A stretch of DNA of 64,000 nt from Octopus vulgaris. Lineage: Eukaryota. Position 1 is the first letter of the stretch. Each line of letters begins with the position of its first letter. Below are positions 25,974 through 39,204 of this stretch, piece by piece. The stretch is from the NCBI GenBank assembly GCA_951406725.2, contig OX597827.1:72292001-72356000 (forward strand), in the 5' to 3' direction. Made by a program: the position numbers and the translations under genes. Under the pieces are notes generated by a model that saw only the letters and a program-made list of their open reading frames with translations, did not search any database and had not been told where the DNA came from.

Positions 25974-26984
25974 GTGTGAGTTTATAGATACCTACATATG
26001 TATATGAATGTATATACATACATTCATGCATACATACATACATACGTACATACATATATACATACATACATGTATATGTACACATACACACTCATTCACT
26101 TACACACATACATAATACATACATACACATATACATACATACATACATACATACATACGTACATACATACATACATACATACATACATACATACATACAT
26201 ACATACATACATACATACATACATACATACATACATACATACATACATACATACATACATACATACATACATACGTACGTACATACATACATACATACGT
26301 ACGTACATCATACATACATACATACATACATGCATACACACCTATACATACATACATACATACATGCATACATAATACATACATACATACAGACATACAT
26401 AGAAACGAAGCCTCTCTCGGACTCGTGACCGCTGCATCACATCACACTTCGAAGTCCACGCATTTGCAATCCGAAAGCAGGAAACTGCTAGTAAATACTT
26501 AATCAACAAAAGAGCCGGTGAAACCTTAGAGTTCCAAGATGCAACCGAAAAATGTAGATTACAGTGATCCCTCGTTTATCGCGGTAGATTGGTTCCGAGA
26601 CCGGCCGCGATAACTGAATATCCGCGAAGTAGGGACACCATATTTTCAGTATTTATTTAACATGTATTTGGACTTTTAGAACCCTCCTTGTAACAAGCCA
26701 TCCATTTCAGTAGTCTATTAATAACAAGGACAATAGTTAAGCAATAACACTTTAGATTTTAAAAAAATAAAATAAAGATTGTTAACTGTTACACAGGCCA
26801 GATTACAAAATAGAATGCTGTGATTCGTCGTCTCTCTCTCCATTGCACCAATCACAGCCCGTCTTAAGTTCAAATACCCCTGTATTTGCTTTTTTTGCTA
26901 TTTTACGCTTGTTTTGTTGTTCCTAGACTAGGAAATAATATTTATTATTAATATTTTAATGGATTTAATGAAAAGTTTTAGGCG

Positions 26985-27036
<52 letters not shown>

Positions 27037-27038
<2 letters not shown>

Positions 27039-27187
27039 GAAGTAAACACATAAATGTGAAACAAGGTGGAAAAAAGAGTACTCAAATACCAGTGGTAGAG
27101 TAATATGCTTTATTTAAAGCAGCAGAAAATTCAACAAAATCTGTTACTCTGAGTTTCTCGTTGCCGTTCATCAGACAGTTTTTGCTA
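27037..27187 (-). mobile_element. Element family H (Penelope-pLTR/retrozyme-like) inserted in (TA)n
   Basis: Near-identical to 62983-63134; flanked by (TA)n on both sides. Confidence 0.75.
27134..27185 (-). ncRNA. Minimal type-I hammerhead ribozyme motif
   Basis: GCAAAAACUGU-CUGAUGA-ACG(GCAA)CGA-GAAAC-UC-A-GAG-UA/ACAGAUUUUGU: intact core, near-perfect 11-bp helix I, GNRA-capped short helix II, self-complementary helix III, GUA cleavage triplet. Confidence 0.7.
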
Positions 27188-27198
27188 TAATATATATA

Positions 27199-27266
<68 letters not shown>

Positions 27267-27974
27267 AAATCCGCGAAGTCGTGAATCCGCGATAGTTGAA
27301 CCGCGAAGTAGCGAGGGATCACTGTATGTCATATTTCTATGGAAGACATCACACGTGATTAGCAGCTGTCCAAAAATGTCATCAAGGTACTACCTGCCCA
27401 TGCGACATGATGCTGGTTGCAAAAACTATATGTAATGCTGGACAGACAAAAAGAAAATGGCCCGGAATAAATAGACTTCGACACAAAGAATAGCTGTGGG
27501 ACATTCCCATCGAGACATCTGTCAAGTGTGGGCATAACAGGCCGGATATTGTTATTTGGGACAAACAAGAAGCAGTATATACTGTCATAGAGATCAGCTG
27601 TCCCGCTGATGTGAATATCTCTTTGGAAAGCCAAGGAGAAAGAGGATAACTATGGATAACTACTTCAAAACTTCCAGCTTCTATATCCGGATTACTAATT
27701 CACGTTTATACCAATAACAATTAGTGCGGTAAGCTTTGTGAGTAAATGCCTAAGAGAATCTGGACAAGCCGGGGTTTTCAGAAAAAGAAGTTAATGAACT
27801 AACTCGTACATTACAAACTGAATCTGTAAGCGGAACAGTAAACATTGCAAACGTTTCTCAAGGTTTAAAATGTGACGTTGTTTTCGTTATCTACATTTCA
27901 ATGATGGAGCTTTTGTGTCTTTGTCAGAAACTAGTCCCTTCTTCAGAGGAAGAATTTAAATGATTAAAAATACG

Positions 27975-28009
<35 letters not shown>

Positions 28010-28011
<2 letters not shown>

Positions 28012-28290
28012 TGTTTCTTTATTAGCCACACAGGGCTGCACACAGACAGGACAAATTACAAGGTAGAGCTTTTCTTTTGGGGGTAAAAAAGGGGGTTTGG
28101 TTTTCGATCAAAAGGGATCGTAAAAGGAAAGAAGGAGGATAAAAAAAGGGGGGGGGATAAAAAAATTGATCAATAGGGATCGTTATCACGGAAATGTCAA
28201 TATGAAGTGTAAAGGGGAGGACAGATGAGATTTACCCGTGGAAAGAAAAGCCTACGGAAAAGACCACGGTAACCTCGGTCAATGAAGTTA
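28010..28290 (-). mobile_element. 3' UTR-only copy of the Tx1-type LINE, flanked by (GATA)n on both sides
   Basis: Homologous to 7150-7405 (gtagagcttttc..cgatcaaa..ccgtggaaagaaaagcctacggaaaagaccacggtaacc). Confidence 0.8.
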
Positions 28291-28320
28291 CGATAGATAG
28301 ATAGATAGATCGATAGATAG

Positions 28321-28700
28321 GCGCAGGAGTGGCTGTGGTAAGTAGCCATTCCGGGTTCAGTCCCACTGCGTGGAACCTTGGGCAAATGTCTTCTACTATA
28401 GCCTCGGGCCGAACAAAGCCTTGTGAGTGGATTTGGTAGACGGAAACTGAAAGAAGCCCGTCGTATATATGTATATATATATATATGTGTGTGTGTGTTT
28501 GTGTGTCTGTGTTTGTCCCCCAACATCGCTTGACAACCGATGCTGGTGTGTTTACGTCCCCGTAACTTAGCGGTTCGGCAAAGAGACCGATATAATAAGT
28601 ACTAGGCTTACAAAGAATAAGTCCTGGGTAAATTTGCTTGACTAAAGGCGTTGCTTCAGCATGGCCTCAGTCAAATGACTGAAACAAGTAAAAGAGAGTT
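28321..28700 (+). mobile_element. SINE family A
   Basis: Consensus match. Confidence 0.85.
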
Positions 28701-28721
28701 AAAGAGAGATAGATAGATAGA

Positions 28722-29558
28722 TACATACATACATACATACGTACATACATACATACATACATACATACATACATACATACATACATGTATGCATACATAC
28801 ATACATACATACATACATACATACATACATACATGCATGCATACATACATACATACATACATGTACATACATACATACATACATACATACATACATACAT
28901 ACATACATACATACATACATACATACATACATACATACATACATACATACATGTATGCATACATACATACATACATACATACATACATACATACATACAT
29001 ACATACATACATACATGTATGCATACATACATACATACATACATACATACATACATACATACATACATACATACATACATACATACATACATGTATGCAT
29101 ACATACATACATACATACATACATACATACATACATACATACATACATACATACATACATACATACATACATACATACATACATACATACATACATACAT
29201 ACATACATGTATGCATACATACATACATACATACATACATACATACATACATACATACATACATGTATGCATACATACATACATACATACATACATACAT
29301 ACATACATACATACATGTATGCATACATACATACATACATACATACATACATACATACATACATACATACATACATACATGCATGCATACATAGTACATA
29401 CATACATACATACATACATACATACATACATACATACATACATACCTACAAACATACATACATACATACATACATGCATACATACATACATACATACGTA
29501 CATACATACATACATACATACATGCATGCATACATAGTACATACATACACACATACAT
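28722..29558. repeat. ~840-bp (CATA)n microsatellite with recurring catgtatg variant
   Basis: Direct reading. Confidence 0.95.
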
Positions 29559-30644
29559 AGGCGCAGGTGTGTCTGTGTAGTAAAAAGCTTGCTTCCGATT
29601 TCAGTCCCACTGCGTTGCACCTTGGGCAAGTGTCTTCTACAATAGCTTCGGGCCGACCATAGCCTTGTGAATGAACTTGGTACATGGAAACTGAAAGAAG
29701 TCAGCTCGAATCTTGCTTGCTTGCTTGCAATGTTACCCAGCCAAACTGGCACATAATGGAAAAATACTATGAATTAAGTTGTCCCTGAAATGTTAATACG
29801 ATCGGAATAAAACAAGTTTCATGTAAATCGGACAAGTAGGTTTTTTTTGAGATATTTGGAGGTTTCGCGGGTATAAATACCCCAAATGGTGCATAATAAG
29901 AAAATATTACGAAAATAGCTTAATCCTGAATGGGAAGAAATTCTTACCTTTCGATTAGACTTGACAACGAAAAAATACGATTTGTTTTTTTTACAGTAAA
30001 TGTTTCTATTTTCGCTTCTGTTAAACACAATATTTTAATCGTTTAGAAATATTTTTAAGTGAATGTGATTTCAAAAATGTAAATTGTTTGTACAATAAAT
30101 ATTCATATTTTTGCTTTCTTTAAACAGACAATATTTTTATGTTTTTTTAAATTATTTTCAAGTGAATACAATTTACAAAAATTGTTTTGGCATATTTAAA
30201 AATATTTTAAAGTGAAAATGACTTTTAAAGTACGGTAAATATTTCATAAAAGAACCGTTTGTAACTTCGGTGTGAAATAATTTTTTTCTATTGTTTTTTT
30301 TTTTTTTCAAGTGCACTCAAAGATTTGGTTGCTATTTCTAGCACACCCTGCTACCACGTAACAGCTATTTGCGACAAAAGACTCGAAATTCTTGTCACGT
30401 GGTAGCAAGGTGTGCAAGAAATAATAGCCAAATCGTTCCTTTTCTGGGGAAAGGAGCCGTTTACGCGTGATTTCAATGTCACATTCGTTGAAAGCATGCG
30501 AAATAACCTGGAAAAGAAAAGAAAAAAACCCACGGTATAAAACTCCGTCGGTGGGAAACTCAAGCTTTTCCGGTAACCCAACGGGTCACGGGTAGTTTAG
30601 TCTAGTCTAGCCTAGTCTAGTCTAACCTAGTCTAGTCTAGTCTA

Positions 30645-30709
<65 letters not shown>

Positions 30710-30850
30710 GTAGAAAAATACAAACTGGGACAAGAACGTAAAACATTTAGAAGACGATACAAAAAACACGGACGGGACATTCGAAGCCTTCAATCTTCAG
30801 TCAAGAACCGGATCATCCTAGCAATTTCGGCTGATTAATATATATATATG

Positions 30851-30882
<32 letters not shown>

Positions 30883-32427
30883 TGTATGTATGTATGTATG
30901 TATGTATGTATACAGACACACACATGTGTGTATGTGTATGTGTCTGTTCTCCCACCACCGGTTAGCAACCGGTATTGGTTTGTTTACGTCTCCGTAACTT
31001 AGCGATTCAGCAAAACAGACCGACAAAATAAGTGGCAGGCTTAAAAACAAAAACTAATACTGCGGTCGGTTTGTTCAATTAACATCCTTCAAGGCAAGTG
31101 CCCCAGCATGGCTGCTGTCCAATGACTGAAAAAAAACAAACATACATACCTGTGTGTGTGTGTGTGTGTGTGTGCGCGCACGTGTGTGTATAGACTCACG
31201 CACACACACACACACACATGCCACTCTTCGTTCTAGCTTGAGTTCTCTAAGTGCTTGTTGACTTTCATATAACATATATAAAACAATGCGACCATCCATC
31301 CATCCATCCATCCATCCATCCATCCATCCATCCATCCGTCCGTCCGTCCGTCCGTCCGTCCGTCCGTCCGTCCGTCCGTCCGTCCGTCCGTCCGTCCGTC
31401 CGTCCGTCCGTCCGTCCACTCATCCATCCTTACACACATGTCGATGTTCGTCGAGGGTGCGTGCCTTGCTAGTCCCCTTGTGTTCTCTCCAGCCAGCTAA
31501 AGTGTTAACATTGAGAGCGATGAGTTGAAATATTAGGGCGCCTGCTTAAGAACTTCTCATAACTTGTTAGTGATTCTGCAGGGTCTCCTGCGAACCCTTA
31601 TTTCTGCAGTGACCGGAGAATAGAATTAGGACATACGAACCCGAGATAGATTCCCTTTTCTACTCTAGGCACAAGGCCCAAAATTTGGGAGGAGGGGTCA
31701 GTCGATTAGATCGACCCCAGTGCGCAACTGGTACTTAATTTTTCGACCCCGAAAGGACGAAATGCAAAGTCGATCTCGGCGGAATTCGAACTCAGAACCC
31801 AAAATAGATACCGCAAGTCATTTAGTCCAACGTTCAAAAAAATTCCGCCAATCCACTACTCAGGGCTGCTACTTGATTTATCGACCCCGAAATAACGAAA
31901 GTCAGCGTTGACTTTGGCGGGATTTGAACTCAGAGCACAGAAAGTCAGAAGAAATGGTGTAAGGTATTCTATCCAACGCTTCAGCGACTCTGTTAATTTG
32001 ATGTCATGTGCGCATATGCACGCGTATATGTATATGTGTGCGTGTGTGTACGTGTATGTATATGCTTGTGTGTATGTGTGTGTTTGTGTGTGTGTGTTTG
32101 TGTGTGTGTGTGCGTGTCTGTGTTTGCACTGGAAAACTGTCAGTGAATTCTCTGACAGTTTTCCAATATACAGGCTGCGAGACGCTTCTGAGGACATATT
32201 TGGTAATTTAACAAAACATCTCCAATCTAACAAAAAACCAAATGTATTTTAATAAAAACTGTGTGCGTGCATTCCCAAGAACCTCTCTTATAAGATTATT
32301 CCATGAATCCATTTTCAGATTCGAAATCTGCTTCAATGCGGGGCCGAAATCGTTGATTTGCCTACACCAAATGGTCCTTATTCATTTCTGACATCACTTG
32401 GACATTGGCAGTCTTCAGGGAAGCTAT

Positions 32428-32662
32428 GGTGGCGAGCTGGCAGAATCGTTAGCACGTCGGGCGAAATACGTAGCCGTATTTCGTCTGCCGTTACGTTCTG
32501 AGTTCAAATTCCGCCGAGGTCGACTTTGTCTTTCATCCTTTCGAGGTCGATAAATTAAGTACCAGTTACGCACTGGGGTCGATGTAATCGACTTAATCCG
32601 TTTGTCTGTCCTTGTTTGTCCTCACTGTGTTTAGCCCCTTGTAGGTAGTAAAGAAATAGGTA
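32428..32662 (+). mobile_element. SINE family B' monomer, full length
   Basis: A-box-like tggcagaatcg, B-box gagttcaaattcc, tail ..tttagccccttgtaggtagtaaagaaatagg. Confidence 0.9.
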
Positions 32663-33369
32663 TTGTATGGATGTAGACTAGTTCTCTCTTTCAACAACAC
32701 CACTAGCATAATAGTCTAAGGGGTTTAAATTTGGCGAGTTTGGAGGCCACAAGTTTAGCGTTCCATTCTTGGGTTACGTAGGATTTGTGAGAGGGCGCTG
32801 AGTTTTGTTGAAATACGTACGGCCTGCCACTGTGTATTCCATTCATTCAGAGCTTAACAATTATCTCCAGCACCTCGGCATTAATTCTAAGACCCCGTGA
32901 AACGAGATGTGGTGGTATGACATGATCTTCGTAACTCACAGCTCTTAAAACCATCACAGTTGCTGGAAATTCCGTGTGCACTATTCTGGGGTCACCAAAA
33001 GAATCTCCACATAACCTTCTGTTATTTCTTTTGTTAGACTTTTGGTCTTGGTCGAGATATCTCTCCTCAGAGAACTGAATCATACAACGTTTGTGAGAGT
33101 TTTAAACCTTGGCATGGATCAAATCATTTCCCCTGTGTCTTTGCAACATGAACTTGCCAGCCCCTCTTCAGTACATACGACTTGTATCGAATGTCCTCGT
33201 GCACTACAAATCTAGTAGTCTACTCCGACACCTTAAGATCTTTTGCGATGGCCTTCACAAATTTTCTGGGATTATCATCGATAATATTTTATATCCATTG
33301 GATGAATTGCAGTATCCTTGTAAGCAGCGCTGGATTAACCATTAAGCAAAATAAGCATATGCTTAGTGC

Positions 33370-33841
33370 ATCAAGGGAAAGAGGGGAGCACCACAGAAAT
33401 GGTAAATGGTCTACGGCACAAAAGAAATCACTTTAAACTTGCTAAAATAATATTCAGGATGCTTTTATCTCTACTGAGTATAGATGCAGATGTCTTACCT
33501 AAGATTAATTCTGAGGATCTGATCAAAGACTTTGCAATTCAAAAAAGTAGGAGGAAACTTTTAAAATATAAATAAAATGGAAGTATAAAAAATAATAAAC
33601 ATTATTTTCCCTCTCACTGTTTTACTCTTTACTCTTTTCCTTGTTTCAGTCATTTGACTGTGGCCATGCTGGAGCACCGCCTTTAGTCGAGCAAATCGAT
33701 TCCCAGGACTTATTCTTTGTAAGCCTAGTACTTATTCCATCAGCCTCTTTTTGCCGAACCGCTAAGTTACGGTGACGTAAACTCACCAGCATCGGTTGTC
33801 AAGTGATGTTGGGGGGGACAAACACAGACACACAAACATAT

Positions 33842-33872
<31 letters not shown>

Positions 33873-34160
33873 CATATATACGACGGGCTTCTTTCAGTTT
33901 CCGTCTACCTCGGCCCGAGGCTATAGTAGAAGACACTTGCCCAAGGTGCCACGCAGTGGGACTGAACCCGGAACCATGTGGCTGGTAAACAAGCTACTTA
34001 CCACACAGCCACTCCTGCGCCTATTTTGTTTTATTTCCTTTTGTAAAATAAAAATTTATTTAATGGTTGTTATTGTTTATATTTTGAATTACATAATCTT
34101 TTATGGGGGCACCAAAACCTTTTAAGTGTTTAGGGCCTCGATGAGTCTTAACCCGTCCCT
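33370..34160 (+). mobile_element. hAT (ZMYM1/Tip100-like) 3' fragment containing a family A SINE (33620-34021, -)
   Basis: LSLLSIDADVLPKINSEDLIKDFAIQKSRRK matches the hAT C-terminal pattern; ends ..gtccctg. Confidence 0.65.
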
Positions 34161-34585
34161 GCTTGTAAGTGTCCGAACGTTTATGATATGTTTTTGCTCC
34201 TTGAATACAGTTGAAATATTCCCTCCTGAGGCTTCCAGTTCCACCCGGACTGTGTACAAAAGATCCTATAACATTTAGAAGGTTGGCAATTTCTATCTAA
34301 ATCTTTGTGTTACTCTTATATGGCAACAATGACTGTGCGTCTCTTCATTTTTTGTGTGTGTAATGCTGATAATAATAATGATTAGCGACATTATCATGTC
34401 CTCAAAAACAACCTCGCACCTCGTATACTCTATCCCATGTACTGAGTGCGCTTTTTATGTGCGCATAAACACACACACATACACACAGAACTGTGTTGGT
34501 TAAAACAATCTAAGTACATACTAAGACATACGTTCACATATGCATACACACACACAAATATACATAGGTGTAGAGAGAAAGAGGA

Positions 34586-34634
<49 letters not shown>

Positions 34635-35043
34635 AAGGGGAAAGAGAGCGAGAGGGAGAGTTGAATACAAGAGGTGTGAAAATAAAAGGAAAAAAAAAAA
34701 TGTTGGAAAGAAAATGGATCAGAATGTGAGAGAAATGGGAAATGAATAAGAATGAAGAATAACAAAAGAAAGGAAAACTGAAAAAGAAGAGTAGACAAAG
34801 GGTGTCAGACGGCGTGTGAAAAAGATTGAAGGAAAAGAAAGCAAAGGAAAGCAAAGGGTGGGAAGATCAGAGCCAGAAAAAATGTGAAAGAAGGAAAGGA
34901 AGAAAGAGATGGGACAAGAGAATCTATCAGAGAAAGACAGCGCCAGATTTTACATTACGTACGTACGCATGTGTGTAGATTAAACTTTTTACGTATGTAT
35001 ACACACACACACGTATATATCGTGCATATGTGCGTGTATATAT

Positions 35044-35096
<53 letters not shown>

Positions 35097-35182
35097 CATA
35101 CATACATACGTTCACATACACACACACACAATGTATCATCCATATGTTTTATATATCTATGTAGATGTATGAATGTATGCAC

Positions 35183-35236
<54 letters not shown>

Positions 35237-35241
35237 CATCC

Positions 35242-35294
<53 letters not shown>

Positions 35295-35309
35295 CCTATC
35301 TATCTATTT

Positions 35310-35364
<55 letters not shown>

Positions 35365-35380
35365 GTCTATCTATCTACTG

Positions 35381-35436
<56 letters not shown>

Positions 35437-35437
35437 C

Positions 35438-35504
<67 letters not shown>

Positions 35505-36329
35505 CCTACCTACCTATATATATATATATATTACATAGATATATGAATGTGTATGCATAATATATATATATATATGTATACACAGAAAATAATAGAGAGA
35601 GAGGAAAGAAAATTTTTGGAAAACAACGAGAAGGGCAGAGGAAGAGAAAGGGTATAGATAAGAGAAAGGAAAAAAAAAAAAGAGCGAGAGAGTGGTTGTG
35701 TAGAATAGTCAGTGAAAAGAAGGAACGGTGGTGGTGGTGGTGGTGGTGGTATGGTGTGGGAGAGGATATAGAAGGAAAGAAACGTGGAATTCTTTCTGTT
35801 AAAGAACGGGACATAAAAGAAAGAGAGAGACAGAGTGTAAGACAGAGAGAGAGAGACAGAGAGAGAGAGGGAGAACAGACAAAGAAATAAAGGGGGGGGG
35901 GAGAAAGTGTGAATAGAGATATAGAGAATTAAATAGACAGTGAAAATGAGAACGAGAGAAAGTGAGGGAGAGAGAGAGGGGGAGAGAGGGAAGGATGAGA
36001 AGGAATGCGTAAGAGCAACGGGGAAGTAGAGCGCGAGAAAGAGAGGAAGAAGAAGTAGAAGTGTAAGAGAGAGAGTAAAGAGATAAATTTAAGAAGATTG
36101 TGTGAGAGAAAGTGAATGAGAGAGAGAGAGAGAGAGAGAGAGAACGGAGAAAGTATGAGAGGGATAAAGAGGGGGAGAAAGTTTGAGAGAGAGAAGAATG
36201 TGTGCGAGGGAGGTGAAAGTGTGAGAGACTAAAAGACAGAGTGAAAGAAAGTGAGAGAGAGAGAGAGAAAGAGAAAGAACACAAAGAAACAAACGAGAAA
36301 AAGTACGAGTAGATAGTGAGAGGAGAAAG

Positions 36330-36354
36330 TGTGAGAGGGAAGAGAAAGTGTGTT

Positions 36355-36386
<32 letters not shown>

Positions 36387-36700
36387 CAACGTGAGAGTGA
36401 GGAGCAAGCATGTGAGAGAGAAAGAGTGAGATAGAAAGTGTGTTAGAGAGAGAGAGAGAGAGAGAGACAACGTGAGAGTGAGGAGCAAACATGTGAGAGA
36501 GAAAGAGTGAGAGGGAAGAGAAAGTGCGTTAAAGAGAGAGAGAGGGAGAGGAGATAACGTGAGAGTGAGGAGCAAGCATGTGAGAGAGAAAGAGTGAGAG
36601 GGAAGAGAAAGTGTGTTAGAGAGAGAGAGACAGAGAGGAGACAACGTGAGAGTGAGGAGCAAGCATGTGAGAGAGAAAGAGTGAGATAGAAAGATAGAAA
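36330..36700. repeat. GA-rich minisatellite, about 4 units of ~75-90 bp
   Basis: Repeated gacaacgtgagagtgaggagcaagcatgtgagagagaaagagtgag..agaaagtgtgttagagag. Confidence 0.85.
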
Positions 36701-37036
36701 GAGAGAGAGAGAGAAGAAAGAGAGGAGTAGTGGTTGTAATGTTACGGGGCGGGGGAGAGTTTATTATTCTACTATTCTTCCATCGTCGTTCTTCTTTGGA
36801 TGGGATTTTACTCTTGGCTACTACTGCTGGGCCGTCTTCAAAAAAACTTTCTGAGCCAAAGCAAGGCCAGCTTTTTTTCATTTTTTTTCACTGTTATTAT
36901 AATTGACAGGCTCGATCGACGAATGAATATACATCTATCTATACATACGTACGTAGGTTCGAGTATATCTCTCTACGCCTAATATATATACACACATGGA
37001 CCATAGATTCTTATGTAAACATAACTACATCGTCAA

Positions 37037-37079
<43 letters not shown>

Positions 37080-37130
37080 CACACGCACACGCACACGCAC
37101 ACGCACACAAGTTTAAAACAATAAACTTTC

Positions 37131-37169
<39 letters not shown>

Positions 37170-37170
37170 C

Positions 37171-37269
<99 letters not shown>

Positions 37270-37984
37270 CTTCTATCTATCTATCTCTCTATCTATCTAT
37301 CTATATATCTTTATGTACGTATGTATAGATAAATCCATAACACAAAACAGCCTGACTTCACCCAGGCTACGCCATTCCGTGTCTGTAAGTATCCCAGATT
37401 TTATTTTGGAAAATTTCCTTATTGTTACATTACTTTGGAAAAAACTCGTCAATTCTGTTGCAGCGACTTAGTAAATAATAATATCAAATAATGACATTTT
37501 ACCGTTTGCCTCTTCTCTCTCTCTCTGCTTTCTATACATTTCATCTTTCTCTCTCTATCTCTCTCCTATACATTTCTATATCTCTCTTCACTTCTCTTTT
37601 TTTCTGCCCCCCCTCCTCTCGCTCAATACATTCATCCCTCTCTCCCTCTTTCCTCTCTATCTGTCTCTCTCCCTCCCTCCCTTTCTCCTCCAGTTTTCAT
37701 CTTTCTCTCACTTCTTCACTTTCTTTCTCTCTACCACGCACTTTATATATATATTCATATATATATATATATATCATACTCTATAAACTTCTTTTGTCCC
37801 ACAGATGCAAATACATATACACGCTTTATTAATTCTAGCTTCTGTCCGTCTCTCTCTCTCTCTCATTGTATCAGTCTCTCGAATATTCTTTCAGTCTTCC
37901 ATTCTTTACACTCTTTGTTTTTTTCCCAGTCTTTAAAAACTCCAGAACTTCTTCCTTATACACACACACCATCTATTGTATTTT

Positions 37985-38026
<42 letters not shown>

Positions 38027-38672
38027 TTTATCCTTACTCCCATACACTGCATCGTATTGTGTGTATCTCTCTCTCATTCACTCACCTACATACACATGCA
38101 TAAGTTCAACTAGAATCTTTCACATACACCCTCAAATCCCATGCCATCACACACACACACACATTGCATACACCCGTCTTCATCTCTCCCTTCATCCTCA
38201 CACACATGCACGTAGTCCCACTATCTCCCTCTTGCTTTTACTAAACCTCTCATTGTTTTCTCCCAACCTTCTCTATGTATCTGTCTATCTCTCTCTATAT
38301 ATATCTACATCTCTCTTTCACTCTATCTATATCTCTCAACCTGTGTATAGATATATATATATATTCCACCCTTAGGTCTCTCTCTCTCTCACTCTATGTA
38401 TCTGTTTCTCTCTCTGTATCTTTACCCGTCTTTCTCTTTCTCTACATATCTATCTATATCTCCCTTCCTTCCATGCCCTCCCATTTTCGCTTCCCATCTC
38501 TTCTCCTCTCCTGCCCTCTATCTCCCATCCCACCCGTATATTCCTTTTCCCTCCACTTTCTCTCCGTCTTTCGCCGTCTCTTTATCTCCCTCTCACTATG
38601 TCTCTATCTTTCTCTCACTCATCTCCAACTACTCTCACTCTATCTCATTCTCATCCCAACCACCCGCACCAC

Positions 38673-38707
<35 letters not shown>

Positions 38708-39204
38708 ATCCCCCTCCTCCTTCGCCCCACATCTCATGTCTCCTTTAATGTCAGTCTATCGCAGCAGTTGGGACAGAAGACTATCCATCTTCAAAAAAGC
38801 AGGCTGAGAAGAGCGTGTGAAGATTCGGCTGAAGATTGGTGAAGAGGGTGATGGGGGTCTGCTCTGCATTTCTCGTCTGACGATGGTGTCTGCTTAGTTT
38901 GATGCCAAATTCTGTGCCTTGCCAATCCTCCGCCGCTACCCTATCATTATCACCACCGCCACCACCACCACCACCACCACGACAAACAGAAACAAGCGAT
39001 TATCTTGCTTTTGTCTTCTCAAGAAAACTTCTTTTCAGGGCTCCTCCCTCCCTCATTCGCCATTCGGATAGAAACACACACACACACACACACACACACT
39101 GAAATATAAACACCCGTGCGCGCACATACTCATATGCCTACAAATATATATATATATACACATGTGTATCTGAACGGGTGTGTACGGGTGTGTAATATGT
39201 TCTT

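Larger units (their letters stand above)
26562..27324. mobile_element. Tigger/pogo-type MITE
   Basis: TA-flanked TIRs cagtgatccctcg..tcgcggt / accgcga..cgagggatcactg. Confidence 0.9.
26400..27960 (+). mobile_element. R4/Dong-type RLE non-LTR retrotransposon 3' fragment, interrupted by a MITE
   Basis: Joining across the MITE restores KCRL|CHISMEDITHVISSCPKMSSRYYLPMRHD (CCHC knuckle plus RHD), followed by HNRPDIVIWDK..VIEISCP (PD-(D/E)xK endonuclease). Confidence 0.85.
32220..34430 (-). mobile_element. maT/DD37D-like mariner transposase relic with nested insertions
   Basis: FSEERYLDQDQKSNKRNNRRL..HTEFPATVMVLRAVSYEDHVIPPH..GLRINA and WPPNSPNLNPLDYY. Interrupted by a SINE (32428-32662) and a hAT piece (33370-34160). 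Confidence 0.75.

Noticed and set aside
28667-29752. 361-aa and similar long ORFs (MYVC, YI, HT, LSIY repeats)
   Set aside because: Translations of stop-free microsatellites.
30710-30840. Hammerhead in the TA-flanked element also present at 40100-40232
   Set aside because: GAAA and CTGAAGA are present, but I could not build the three helices with canonical spacing.
35799-36881. 360-aa Leu/Ser-rich minus-strand ORF
   Set aside because: Product of GA/TC low-complexity sequence and the minisatellite.
37351-37384. Plus-strand CAG...GTAAGT micro-exon
   Set aside because: No polypyrimidine tract and no partner exons.
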